Shown here piece by piece: positions 51,525 through 64,000 of a stretch of 64,000 nucleotides of DNA. Below the pieces are notes generated by a model that saw nothing but the letters and a program-made list of their open reading frames with translations, did no database searches and was not told the origin of the DNA. This DNA is from Octopus vulgaris (lineage: Eukaryota). Location: assembly GCA_951406725.2 (NCBI GenBank), contig OX597820.1, forward strand, positions 18,724,001 to 18,788,000, read 5' to 3'. The translations under genes and the position numbers were made by a program. Numbering within the stretch: the first letter of the stretch is position 1; each line of letters starts with the position of its first letter.

Positions 51525-52772
51525 TATGTATATTTATATATCATATACATATTATGTACATATGCACGTGTGTATGTTACATACACAAGCATACACACAC
51601 ACACACATATATGAGTGTGCGTAGATATTACTAGGATTGAAGGTTTATAGTTGCAAACAGGATGAACACTTGACAGAAAAAAAAAAGAAAAACAAATTTC
51701 AAAATTCAAACCCCCCCCCAAAAAAAAAAACAGAAAGCAATAAAAATATATATATAAAAAAAAACAGTCAAAAATATTTACAGCTTAAAAATCTGTAAGA
51801 AATTAATTAATGTTAAGCATAATATCTCTGCAATATTTGCTGTAAAACACAGCTTGGAGATTAATATCAACCTTATGACAGAATTACTTCAAATTACCTT
51901 TAAAATTTGAACACCACAAAAATTTATCTGCGATTCGTTACAAGCATTAGTGCATCCATCTGCACAGCTTCAATTAAACTTTGCACAAATTATTTTATTT
52001 TTAATTATATTTTTACATATATATATATATTTTTGTTAATAATAAATTTTATTTTGTTTTTATTTTATTTTCATATTTTATTTTCATATTTGATTTTATT
52101 TCATTTTTTTTTTTTTTGAGTTTTTAAATTCTTGTTTTATTATTTCAGCTAAAAGTTTAATATTATTTTTCCTTTAAGCTTCATTAATTGTGCTTAAAAA
52201 TAGGTCTTGAGCTACTGTATAGCAAAAGAGTCACGCTCTGGTGCTACATAGAAATCAACCGTTTTTCTTTTGTCATGATGTTTTCCCAACTAGATGTCAT
52301 GTAGTTTTCAGCTTTATATTTTCCGATTCCTGCTTTCTCTTATTTTTAATTCGGTTCTTGCTTCAACTTTTGTCTTTGTTTTTTTTCATTTTATTTTTGT
52401 TTTTCATGCTACATCTCATTCTATTGCATAAATGATAGCATGAGAACTCTCAGACAGCACTCCACCCCCAACTTCCACCCTCACTTCCACCCCCACTCCG
52501 CCCCCTCCCTCTCTCTCTCTCTTTATTTACTTGGTTATTTTTTTTATCCGTTTATTCTTATTTTTTATTTGTTTCAGTCATTTGACTGCGGCCATGCTGC
52601 AGCACCGCCTTTAGTCATACAAATTGAACCCAGGACACATTCTTTGTAAGCCTAGTACTTATTCTATTGTTGTCTTTGCACTGAACTGCTAAGTTACAGG
52701 GATGTAAACATGCCAACATTGGTTGTCAAGCGATGGTGGGCAGACAAACACAGACACACGAACATATACATG

Positions 52773-52842
<70 letters not shown>

Positions 52843-53145
52843 TAATTTAGGGTATCTAAGAGATACCACCACGCTGAAAATAGCAGCCAAGATCTGACTC
52901 TAAAACCACATTAAATGCCCATACAGCACAAGGAGAGAAGACAATATATATTTATATATATATATATGCGATGGGCTTCTTTCAGTTTCTGTCTACCAGA
53001 TCCATTCTCAAAGCTTTTGTCAGCCCGAGGCTATATTAGAAGACACTTGCCCAAGGTGTCACACTGTGGGACTTAACCCGGAACCATGTGGTTGATAAGC
53101 AAGCTACTTACCACACAGCCACTCCTATGAAAGATGATGATGATG

Positions 53146-53177
<32 letters not shown>

Positions 53178-54106
53178 ACGATGGGCTTCTTTCAGTCTCC
53201 GTCTACCAAATTCACTCACAAAGCTTTGGTTGGCCCAAGGCTATAGTAGAAGACACTTGCCCAAGGTGCCATGCAGTGGGACTGAACCCAGAACCATGTG
53301 GTTTGTAAGCAAGCCTCTTACCACATAGATTTATTAATTCAGTTGTTTATTAATTAACTTGTTTCAGTTATTGGACTGTGGCCATGCTGGAGCACCACCT
53401 TGGAGAGTTTTAGTCAGAATCCACCCCAGTACATTTTTTTTTTTGGTAAGTCTGGTACTTACTTTGTATTCTTTCCCATGTTTCAGTCATTTGACTGCGG
53501 CCATGCTGCAGCACCATGATAGAAGGATTTTAGTTGAAGAAATCGACCCCAAGACTTATTCTTTGTAAACCTAGTACTTGTTCTATCTGTCCCTTTTGCC
53601 GAACTGCAAAGTTACAAGGATGTAAACACACCAACATCGGTGATGTTGGGGTGAGAAACACAGACACAAAGACACACTCACATAAATATACACACACACA
53701 CACACACATATATATACCTGATGGGCATTTTTCAGCTTCTGCCTACCAAATCTAATCACTAGGCTCAATCAAAATTTTTATTTACTGCCAACAAAAACTG
53801 TGCTTGTGTGCTGGATTTGAAAAATTATAATATACAAGGATGAGACACATGTTATTTTGTCTCAAATTTATATGTTAATGGTTGGCATACCTGCTGATGA
53901 AAACTCTGCCTTGCAAATTATTTTACTTGCTAATTAAAGTTCAAACCCTAAGATCCGGCTGTAAAACATGGTAAATGTTTTTAATTTTCTTTCCCTTTGA
54001 AATTGCTCTTGACTGCGGTTTGGACTTTTTGACTGTTCCTACTAGAATGTAAGGCAACCTGTTACGGTTCACCTCTTTCATGTTTAAATGTACACTAATT
54101 TTTATA

Positions 54107-54153
<47 letters not shown>

Positions 54154-54374
54154 CATTTATTCAACATTTTATATATATATATACACACACACACAATGTT
54201 TATCCAATTTTTACTTTCTAACTTCAAACTCTCCTAAATCCATTTTTATATATATTTGTACCATTGATTAGCAAAATATTGTCATAACTAGTTTGTTATA
54301 TGAATACATCTATTTAATATCGACTACACATTTATTTAGATTCAGGTGATTTTTCAAACCATAAAATAAATTCT

Positions 54375-54415
<41 letters not shown>

Positions 54416-54458
54416 ATATGTATATATGTATATACACACACACACACACACACACACG

Positions 54459-54491
<33 letters not shown>

Positions 54492-54631
54492 CATCATCAT
54501 TATCATCATCATCGTTGAATGTCTATTTTCCATGCTGACTTGGGTTGGACAGTTTGACACGGTGCTGTTCAGACTCCAGCTGTCTGTTGTGGCATAGTTT
54601 CTACAGCTGGATGCCCTTCCTATGTATAATT

Positions 54632-55785
54632 ATCATCATCATCATCGTTTAAAGTCCGTTTTCCATTCTAGCATGGGCAAGGGTTGGATGGTTTGACTGG
54701 CAAGCCAGTAGGCTGCACCAGGCTCCAATCTGATCTAGCAAGGTTTCTACAGCTGGATTCCCTTCCTAACGCCAACCACTCTAAAAGTGTAGTGGGTGCC
54801 TTTTACGTCCCACCGGTACAGGAGCCGGTCAAGCGGTACTGGTATCGGCCATGTTCCCATGGTGCTTTTTACATGCTGCTGGCATGGGAGCCAGCCAGGG
54901 CGAGGAGGCTGGAATCGGCAACATTCTGATGGTGCCTTTTATGTGCCACCGGCACAGGGAGCCAGTCAAGCAGCACTGGCAATGAACAATGCATGAATGG
55001 TGCTCATTGCATGCCACCAGCACAGGAGCTAGTCAAGTGGCACTGACATCGGCCACAACTTCAATTTCTGTTTTGCTTTCGATTTGATTGAGATTCTGAT
55101 AGTGATTTTGATTTTTTATTTTACTTGACTCAGCAGGTCCCCTCAAGCATGGAATGTCACCTGACGATTCAAAGGTGCTTTTTATGCAACACTGGTACAG
55201 GCTATGGCTGTGATCTCACTTTAGTTGTCAGGTCTTCTCATTCACAACATATCTCCAGAGGTCTCGATCTCTTGTCATTGCCTCTGTGAGGCCCAATGTT
55301 TGAAGGTCATGCTTCACCACCTCATCCCGTGTCTTTCTGGGTCCCCCTCTTCCACAGGTTCCTTCAGCTGTTAGGGTGTGACACTTCTTCACACAGCTCT
55401 CCTCATCCACACACAGCACATGACCATACCAGCGCAGTTGTCTCTTGTACACCACATCTGATGCTTCTTATGTTCAACTTTTCTCTCAGGGCACTTACAC
55501 TCTGTTCTGTGGGCACACTGACATTGCACATCCAGCAAAGCATATTAGCTTTATTTCTTTCAAGCCTTCACATGTCCTCAGCAGTCGTGGCCCTTGTTTC
55601 ACTGCCGTATAGCATAGCTGTTGGCACACATGCATCATACAATCTACCTTTCACTCTGAGCAAGAGGTCCTTTGTTACTAGCAGAGGTAGGGACTTTCTG
55701 AATTTTGCCTAGGCTATTCTTAGAGCATCCACCCCCGCTACTGATTTGGTCACCTAGGTAGCGGAAGCTATCAACTACTTCTAGT
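54632..55785 (-). mobile_element. Degenerate RTE LINE 3' portion
   Basis: Colinear with 39074-40330; QLRWYGHV...GGPRKTRDEVVKHDL...RDRDLWR. Confidence 0.88.
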
Positions 55786-58054
55786 TCTTTTTATTGATTT
55801 CAAATTTTGAGATAAAGTCAGCAAGTTCAGGGTGAGATGGGAAGTTGATTACATGAACCCTAGTATATAGCAGGTACTTATTTTATCAACCCCAAACTGC
55901 TCAATTACGAGGATAAAAACAAAGTCATCCTCAGCGGAATTTAAACTCAAACCATAAAGAGTCAGAAGAATTACTACAAGGCATGTTTCTCGATTTGTGG
56001 AAGCGCATGGCTTAGTGGTTAGGGTGTCAGCACCATGATCGTAAGATTGTGGTTTTGATACCTGGACCGAGTGATGCGTTGTTTTCTTGAGCAAAACACT
56101 TCATTTCATGTTGCTCCAATCCACTCAGCTGGTAAAAATGAGTAACACTGTGATGAACTGGCATCCCGTCCAGCTAGGGAACACACACGCCACATAAACT
56201 GGAAAACCGGGCCCATGAGCCTGGCTAGGCTTTAAAAGGGTGCATTTATTTTTTTTATTTATGTTTTTTGATTTAGTGATTCAACAAAAGAGAATGATAG
56301 AATAAGAACCAGGTTTTTAAAAAAAATAAGTATTGGGGGTTGGTTCCTTCAGCTAAAGATTCTTCAAGGTGGTGCCCCAGCATGGCCACAATCTAACGAC
56401 TGAAGTAGGTAAAAGATGAATAAAAAGGAGAAAAGAATAACGTTGAAACATTTCTCCCAACATTTCTACCAACTCATTACATTAAACATTAACCTAATAA
56501 CAGAAGGAAAAAAACTCGTTACTTCATAAAATTCTTCCAAATTTCATTATTAATTTCAAAATTAATTGAAAAAAATATGCTGTTATTTCATTAGAAATAT
56601 GGCTTTGAATGGGTTAATATACTGAAGTTCGTGGAAGGGTTAATACAGTAGAGGTCAATTCATTTGAATGTGCATCATCGTTTATAATTGCTGGTCTTGT
56701 ATCTAGACAAAGAAATCAATACCAAATCAAATGGAGGAGTCTGTGAGTTAGTTTTAATTCTTAGTTGAAGCCATTTCATTTCGGTAGTGCCACTAATATG
56801 CTTGAAGACTGACTAAGACAACACAAATTTCCATTTGCTTTCTTTTATAAATATGAATGAAGCCTTCTGTTTGGCAGGAGAAAATTGATTTATCAACAAA
56901 GAGATGCAATCAGAGAATGAGCTTGATTTTTGAATTAAGAAGACCCATTATTGAATTAAGAAGACCCCTCCACCACTGTTGGATTGTTGGTGTTCCCTAC
57001 TCCCAGCTGAAGCAATTTTTTCCCCTTGCAAGTGTGCCTTCATGCTGGTGCCATGCAAAAAGCACCCAGCACATTCTGTAAAGGGCTTGGCATTTGGAAG
57101 GGCATCCAACCATAGAAACCAAACCAAATCAGACCGGAGTCTGGTGCAGCTTCCCTGATTGCCAGCTCTGGTCAAACCGTCCAACCCATGCCGGCATGGA
57201 GAAAAGACTTAAAATGATGATGATGACGATGAAATTTCAGACAAAGGAATGTAATGGTTGAGTAGGTATTGACGTAATACCAGTTATACCACCTCATAGG
57301 TCATGAGTTCAAATCTACTCCAGATATTTTACTTTTCTCTTCAAGCATTTAAACTGGCCATAGCCAGTCCAAATATTTTACCTGTTTTATGTTCAAACTG
57401 ACCAGATCTGGCCTCTCACACCTATGTTACAATGTCATTTTCAAGACAAACAATCAAATTATCAAAGTCTCAAAGCTACAAAATAATCAAAACGATGTGA
57501 ATAATTTAGCATCACATTTTACACAGTAATAAGAATGCTAAAGGCTTAAACTAACAATTTAATTCTATAAAGTTTCTAACCCTAACTCATGGATGTGAAA
57601 GTATGGTTAAGAAGCTTGCTTCCCAATCATGTGGCCCAGGTTCAATTCCACTGCACGGCACCTTGGGCAAGTGTCTTCAGGTCAGAGCTTTGTAAGTGGA
57701 TTTGGTACATGAAACTGAAAGAAGTTAGCAGTGTGTGTGTGCATGTGTGAGAGCGCATGTGTGTATGCACATGCGTGTGCATGTGCACACGCGTGTGTGT
57801 GTTCATGCGTGTGTGTGTCAGTGTGTGTGTGCATGTGTGTGTGCGTGTATGTGAGTGTGCACCATTTAGTTTCAAATTTTGGCACTAGGCCAGCAATTTT
57901 CAATTACAACTGGTAGTTCTTTTATGAACCCTGAAAGGATGAAAGGCAAAGTTGACCTCAGTGGAATTTGAACTCAGATGAAAAACCGCTATCATCATCA
58001 TTATCATCATCATCATTTATCACCTGACATCGTTATGTACATTATTTACAAATA

Positions 58055-58407
58055 ATGTACATTATTTACATTATTTACATTCGACAGATATTTGTCCTTG
58101 TCTTGTTTGTTGTTAACACAATGTTTCAGCTTATTATTATTATTATTATTATTATTGTTAGTGTTCAGATCACTGCTTGGAATCGAACTCAGAATCTTGG
58201 GGTTAGTAGCCCTCACTCTTAACCACTACGCCATATGGAGTGAACTTTAGGGCTTATAAATCTAATATTTTTCTATCCTTCCTTAATACCAGTTCTCATA
58301 TGCTGCTCATATCTGGTGAGTATATCAACCGAAACGTTGTGTTAACAACAAACAAGATGAGGACAAATATCCACTGAATGTAAATAATGTACATAATTCC
58401 TCATCTT
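58055..58407. mobile_element. Penelope-like fold-back remnant enclosing a tRNA-like SINE head
   Basis: Inverted arms at about 58055-58131 and 58328-58395 containing gaaacgttgtgttaac (3' half of a hammerhead); minus-strand tRNA-like head at 58158-58237 with a TAA tail. Confidence 0.55.
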
Positions 58408-58411
58408 TTAA

Positions 58412-58916
58412 CCCTTTCATTACTAACCCGGCTGAAACCGGCTCTGGCTCAATAGTACAAATGTCTTGTTTTTATAAGTCTTGAAATAAAATCTTCCACC
58501 AAACCTTAGTCACAATTTATGTTCCTAATACTAGCTTAATGATAACTAAGTTATTTTACTAAATTCTTTGTTATATTTTTAAATAATTGAAAGAAATACA
58601 GAGCATCTCAACAGAAATATGGTAACAAAAGGGTTAAAATATATAATAGAGAAACAATTCTTAACACTTTTGATACCAACCTGGCTGAAACTACCTCTGG
58701 CTCTGTAGTACAAATGTCTTCTTTACATAAGTTTTATGAATTAAAATCATCCACCAACCCCAACCCTAACCCTAACCCTAACCAAACCTTAGTCACAATT
58801 TATGTTCCTAATACTAGCTTAATGATAACTAAGTTATTTTACTAAATTCTTTGTTATATTTTAAAATAATTGAAAGAAACACGGAGCATCTCAAAATAAA
58901 TACAGTAACGAAAGGG
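58412..58916. mobile_element. Two adjacent piggyBac-type MITEs
   Basis: Each bounded by TTAA with ccc/ggg-type termini (58412-58633, 58665-58916). Confidence 0.85.
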
Positions 58917-60561
58917 TTAAATATAGAACTATACTAACATCGGTCGGACAGTTTGACAAGAGCTGGAATATGGTAACAAAAGTAGTAAAGGGCTGACAAA
59001 TCAATTATATCAGCCCCAGAATTTGTGTGGTATTTTACTTTAGTGACCCTGAAAGGATGAAAGGTAAAGTCGACCTTGGTAGGATTTGAAACCAGAATAT
59101 AAAGAATCGGAAGAAAAACTGTTGTGCATTTTATCTGACACACTAATGTTTCAGCCAGCTTCCCACCCTGTGCGTAACTGGTACTTAATTTATCGACTCT
59201 GAAAGGATGAAAGGCGAAGTCGACCTTGGCAGAATTTGAACTCAGAACATAAAGACAGACGAAATACCGCTGAGTATTTTGCCCAGTGTGCTAACGTTTC
59301 TGCCAGCTTGCCACCTTGTACATAACCAGGGAATGTACCCAGCCCCATGTCTGTTTTGGCATGCTTTCTTTGAGGCCTAAAAAAGTGGATGCTAAATGAT
59401 GAATGGCAATGATACTCACAATAGTTAGGCATCTTACAGTAACTTACAGTCCTCGTGTTGAGCAAGATTATTCCGGATTATACTAAATACATAATATATA
59501 ATAAATAACTGTCTGCAAAGCATAAGAATTTGACAGTATATTCCATAGCTTCCGTCTGCAGAATCTTGTACCAAACAAATATAAAAGAAATAAATTTGGC
59601 GCTACCAAAATCAATGATTAATAAAACCATTAATCTCTTTTCTGTCAATAACATGTAATTCTGGTTCTGAGTAAAAGAACAGCTTATAAACCATATGAAA
59701 AAAATGTGTCCTAATTCTCTGAGAATGAGCTAATTTGCATATTGGTGATGGTTTGTCAACCATTAAGATATTACTAATTCACCGATAAAAAAAATTGGTA
59801 TATGCAAATGTAGTTTATGTATTTAAAAGCTGTATAGGTGCAGGTATGGCTGTGTGGTAAGAAGTTCGTTTCCACAACCTCGTGGTTCCAGGTTCAGTCC
59901 TACTGCAGGACACTTTGAGCAAGCACCACAAGCAAGCATTTTCACACCTTCTACAACAGCCTCAGACCAGCCAAAGCATTATGATTCAGTTTGGTTGATG
60001 GAAACTGAAAGAAGCCTTTTGTGTATATAAATATACATACACATGTCCAAACCATGCCAGCATGGACAACAGATGCCAAATGATGATGATGATGATGATG
60101 ATGATATGTGCGTGTCTTTGTGTTTGTCCCCCACCACTGCCTGACAAACAGTATTGGTTTGTTTACATCCCTGACACTTAACAGGTCAGAAAAAGAGACC
60201 AGTAAAATAATTACCAAGCTTAAAAAATAAAAAAAAAGCACAGGGGTATTTTGTTTGACTAAAATTCTTCAAGGTGGTGCCCCAGCATGGCCATAGTCTA
60301 ATGACTGATACAAGTAAAAGATAAAATAGTAGCAGCCTAGTATTTTCTGGTTAGTCACAAACTGTTTTAATGTAGATTAATCAAGCTTTAACCCTTTAGC
60401 ATTCAGATTTCTCTGTCAAATGTAACGCTTGTTTATTCACATTGTCTTGAATTAATCACACATTAACTTGTAGCTTTGAGATTTCAACGATGTGATTGTT
60501 TATTTTCAGAATAATATTGTAGAGTAAATGTGAGAAACTGGATCTAGCCAGATTGAGCATA

Positions 60562-61130
60562 AAAGGCGGCAAACTGGCAGAAACGCTAGTACGCCAGGCG
60601 AAATGCTTAATCGCATTATGTCTGCTGTTATGTTCTGAGTTCAAATTCTGCCAAGGTCGACTTAGCCTTTCATCCTTTCAGGGTCGATTAGATAAGTACC
60701 AGTTACACACTGGAGTCAATATGTCTGTCCTTGTTTGTCCTCTTTATGTTTAGTCCTTTGTGGGTAGTAAAGAAATAGGTATTTCATCTACTGCTACATT
60801 CTGAGTTCAAATTCACCCGAGGTTGACTTTGCCTTTCATCCTTTCAGGGTCGATTAGATAAGTACCAGATACACACTGGAGTCAATATGTCTGTCCTTGT
60901 TTGTCCTCTCTGTGTTTAGCCCCTTGTGGGTAGTAAAGAAATAGGTATTTCATCCACTGTTACATTCTGAGTTCAAATTCACCCGAGGTTGACTTTGCCT
61001 TTCATCCTTTCAGAGTCGATAAATTAAGTACCAGTTACGCACTGGGGTTGGTGTAATCGACTTAATCCCTTTGTCTGTCTTTGTTTGTCCCCTCTATGTT
61101 TAGCCCCCTGTGGGCAATAAAGAAATAAGA
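60562..61130 (+). mobile_element. SINE family B with an internal segment tandemly triplicated
   Basis: ttctgagttcaaatt...gtaaagaaataggtatttcatc repeated three times with a period of about 165 bp. Confidence 0.8.
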
Positions 61131-62347
61131 TTGAGCATAAAATGGACAAAATATTTGGGCCTGATATGGCTGGTTTAAATGCTAGACTTGAAATATGAAT
61201 GCTAAAAAACATTCAATCAAAAGATTAAGTGATTGTACCAAACCCACTGTCTTTAGTGCTTTAGCATTCAGATTTCTATGTCAAATATAATGCTTGCTTA
61301 TTCACATTGTTTTGAATTAACCATGCATTATCTTATAGCTTTGAGATTTCGATGGTGTGGTTCATTATTTTCAGAATAATATTGTAGGGTAAATGTAAGA
61401 GGCTGAATTGGATCTTTACCTTTTGACCGACAGATTAAAAAAATAATTTTTTGTAACTAAACATAGGCGCAGGAGTTGCTGTGTGGTGAGTAGCTTGCTA
61501 ACCAACCACATGGTTCCGGGTTCAGTCCCACTGCGTGGCATCTTGGGCAAGTGTCTTCCGCTACAGCCTCGGGCCGACCAAAGCCTTGTGAGTGGATTTG
61601 GTAGACGGCAACTGAAAGAAGCCTGTCGTATATATGTATATATATGTATATGTATGTATGTGTATGTGTTTGTGTGTCTGTGTTTGTACCCCTAGCATTG
61701 CTTGACAACCGATGCTGGTGTGTTTACGTCCCCCCGTCACTTAGCGGTTCGGCAAAAGAGACCGATTGAATAAGTACTGGGCTTACAAAAGAATAAGTCC
61801 CGGGGTCGATTTGCTCGACTAAAGGCGGTGCTCCAGCATGGCCGCAGCCAAATGACTGAAACATGTAAAAGAGAGTAAAGAGTAAGAGTAAACACTTTCA
61901 AACTTCGGACACTGGTAGAATGTGTCATATAAAACCTCTTTTACTCTTAGAACTTTTGAGAAAAACTTATATTTACGAAGTTATTTCACTTTAAAGTTGT
62001 CGTATTTCGGTAATTTCAACCAATCAATGACGTGTATTCAGCTGAATAAAATTACTGCCGTTGTTTATCAACAACAACTATCGGCTATATTGGTTATATT
62101 GGCTTGGAATGTGTGTCATATTCTTCAAGTTACCATTCTGTGGCAAGTCTATCAATGCTTTAAGCATACCAGCATATTTCGCTATGTAATATTTTGTATA
62201 TATACATATACATGTGTGCATATATGTGTGTGTGCATATGTGTTTGTGTGGGTGTGTATGCTCTTGTGTGTGTGTATATGTGTGTATGTATGTATATATG
62301 TGTGTGTGTGTGTGTATATGTATATATATATATATATATAAATAAAT

Positions 62348-62382
<35 letters not shown>

Positions 62383-62416
62383 AATATACATATACATATA
62401 TACATATACATACATG

Positions 62417-62458
<42 letters not shown>

Positions 62459-62471
62459 CATACATATATAC

Positions 62472-62541
<70 letters not shown>

Positions 62542-62609
62542 ACATACACACACACACATACACACACACACACACAACACACACACACACACACACAAAC
62601 ATAAACACA

Positions 62610-62693
<84 letters not shown>

Positions 62694-63039
62694 GCAAACA
62701 GACAGAAATTGAAGAGAATATCAGCTTATGAAATTCCTGCCAACATCCAGGTCTGCATGCACCATTTGTGTCATGCAATATCTTCCATTGTTATACATTA
62801 TAGCACTGAAAGCATATTATATATTCTTCTTAAAGTACATCTAATCGCTTAGCCTTATACCATGCAATATTTCCTATAAAGCTAATCTTTTATTATAACG
62901 TTGTTTCAGTACAGCATGCCATATATTTCATTTTCATACTGTTTCTTAACACCTGTTTAATTTATTGTTGAATGTATTCAAATGGATAACTTTTATGTGA
63001 TGGCATGTTTGCTTGTTTGCACTTCTTGATACATATATA

Positions 63040-63110
<71 letters not shown>

Positions 63111-63117
63111 GTATGTA

Positions 63118-63159
<42 letters not shown>

Positions 63160-63177
63160 TATACATATATACATATA

Positions 63178-63235
<58 letters not shown>

Positions 63236-63248
63236 TATGTATATATAA

Positions 63249-63317
<69 letters not shown>

Positions 63318-63343
63318 GTGTGTGTGTGTATATATATATATAC

Positions 63344-63436
<93 letters not shown>

Positions 63437-64000
63437 TACAGAGAAAGAAATAGACAGACAGACAAATGGTGGGTGTGTGTATGCATTTTGTTTTTCACTA
63501 GTTTTCCTTTTTCCTGTCAGTAAGGACTGTTCTGTGAGTTCACTTGCACGTATCTCTTATTTCGTTATTGTCCACAAGGGGCTACACACAGAGGGGACAA
63601 ACAAGGACAGACAAAGGAATTAAGTCGATTACATCAACCCCAGTGCATAACTGGTACTTATTTAATCGACCCCAAAAGGATGAAAGGCAAAGTCAACCTT
63701 GGCGGAATTTGAACTCAGAATGTAAAGACAGACGAAATACCACTAAGCATTTCGTCCAGCACACTGTCGTTTCTGCCAGCTCGCCTCCTTGGACCTATTT
63801 CTGACTGGAATGGAATGGAAGCACTCCGTCGGTTACGACGATGAGGGTTCCGGTTGATCCGATCAACGGAACAGCCTGCTCGAGAAATTAACGTGTAAGT
63901 GGCTGAGCACTCCACAGACACGTGTACCCTTAACATAGTTCTCGGGGATATTCAGCGTGACACAGAGAGTGACAAGGCCGGCCCTTTGAAATACAGGTAC

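Noticed and set aside
58158-58237. tRNA gene (and the other tRNA-like SINE heads)
   Set aside because: A/B-box-like motifs only, no complete cloverleaf with acceptor stem, followed by a TAA tail or SINE body
61895-62195. Possible DNA transposon fragment after the SINE
   Set aside because: No termini, TSD or second copy visible in the window

Overview
Eukaryotic, AT-rich, microsatellite-saturated DNA with no recognisable host protein-coding gene. The repeat landscape (tRNA-derived SINEs with internal TA/TG tracts, RTE and RLE-type LINEs, mariner/hAT/piggyBac relics) suggests an intergenic or large-intron region of a mollusc, probably an octopod; this is an inference. Most ORFs in the track are microsatellite artefacts. 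Real coding remnants all belong to transposable elements: a young 5'-truncated RTE LINE (39074-41767, -) with an open RT and PHD-like ORF, several RLE-type (R4/Dong-like) LINE 3' ends sitting in (TAA)n, two mariners, a hAT, a CR1-like tail and two piggyBac relics. The most interesting signal is a set of short non-coding inserts, mostly in (TA)n tracts, that are built as fold-backs; several carry hammerhead ribozyme cores. The best case (48392-49065) is a 492-nt terminally redundant unit with a complete type I hammerhead and a 143-bp palindromic cap, i.e. a candidate Penelope-dependent retrozyme or circular-RNA retroelement. The window also holds a CpG-rich 52-bp satellite rearranged into a 2.6-kb palindrome with a templated junction, several locally templated insertions, a hAT MITE expanded into a tandem array, and a LINE tail matching the dominant SINE. 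All coordinates and alignments were read by eye.
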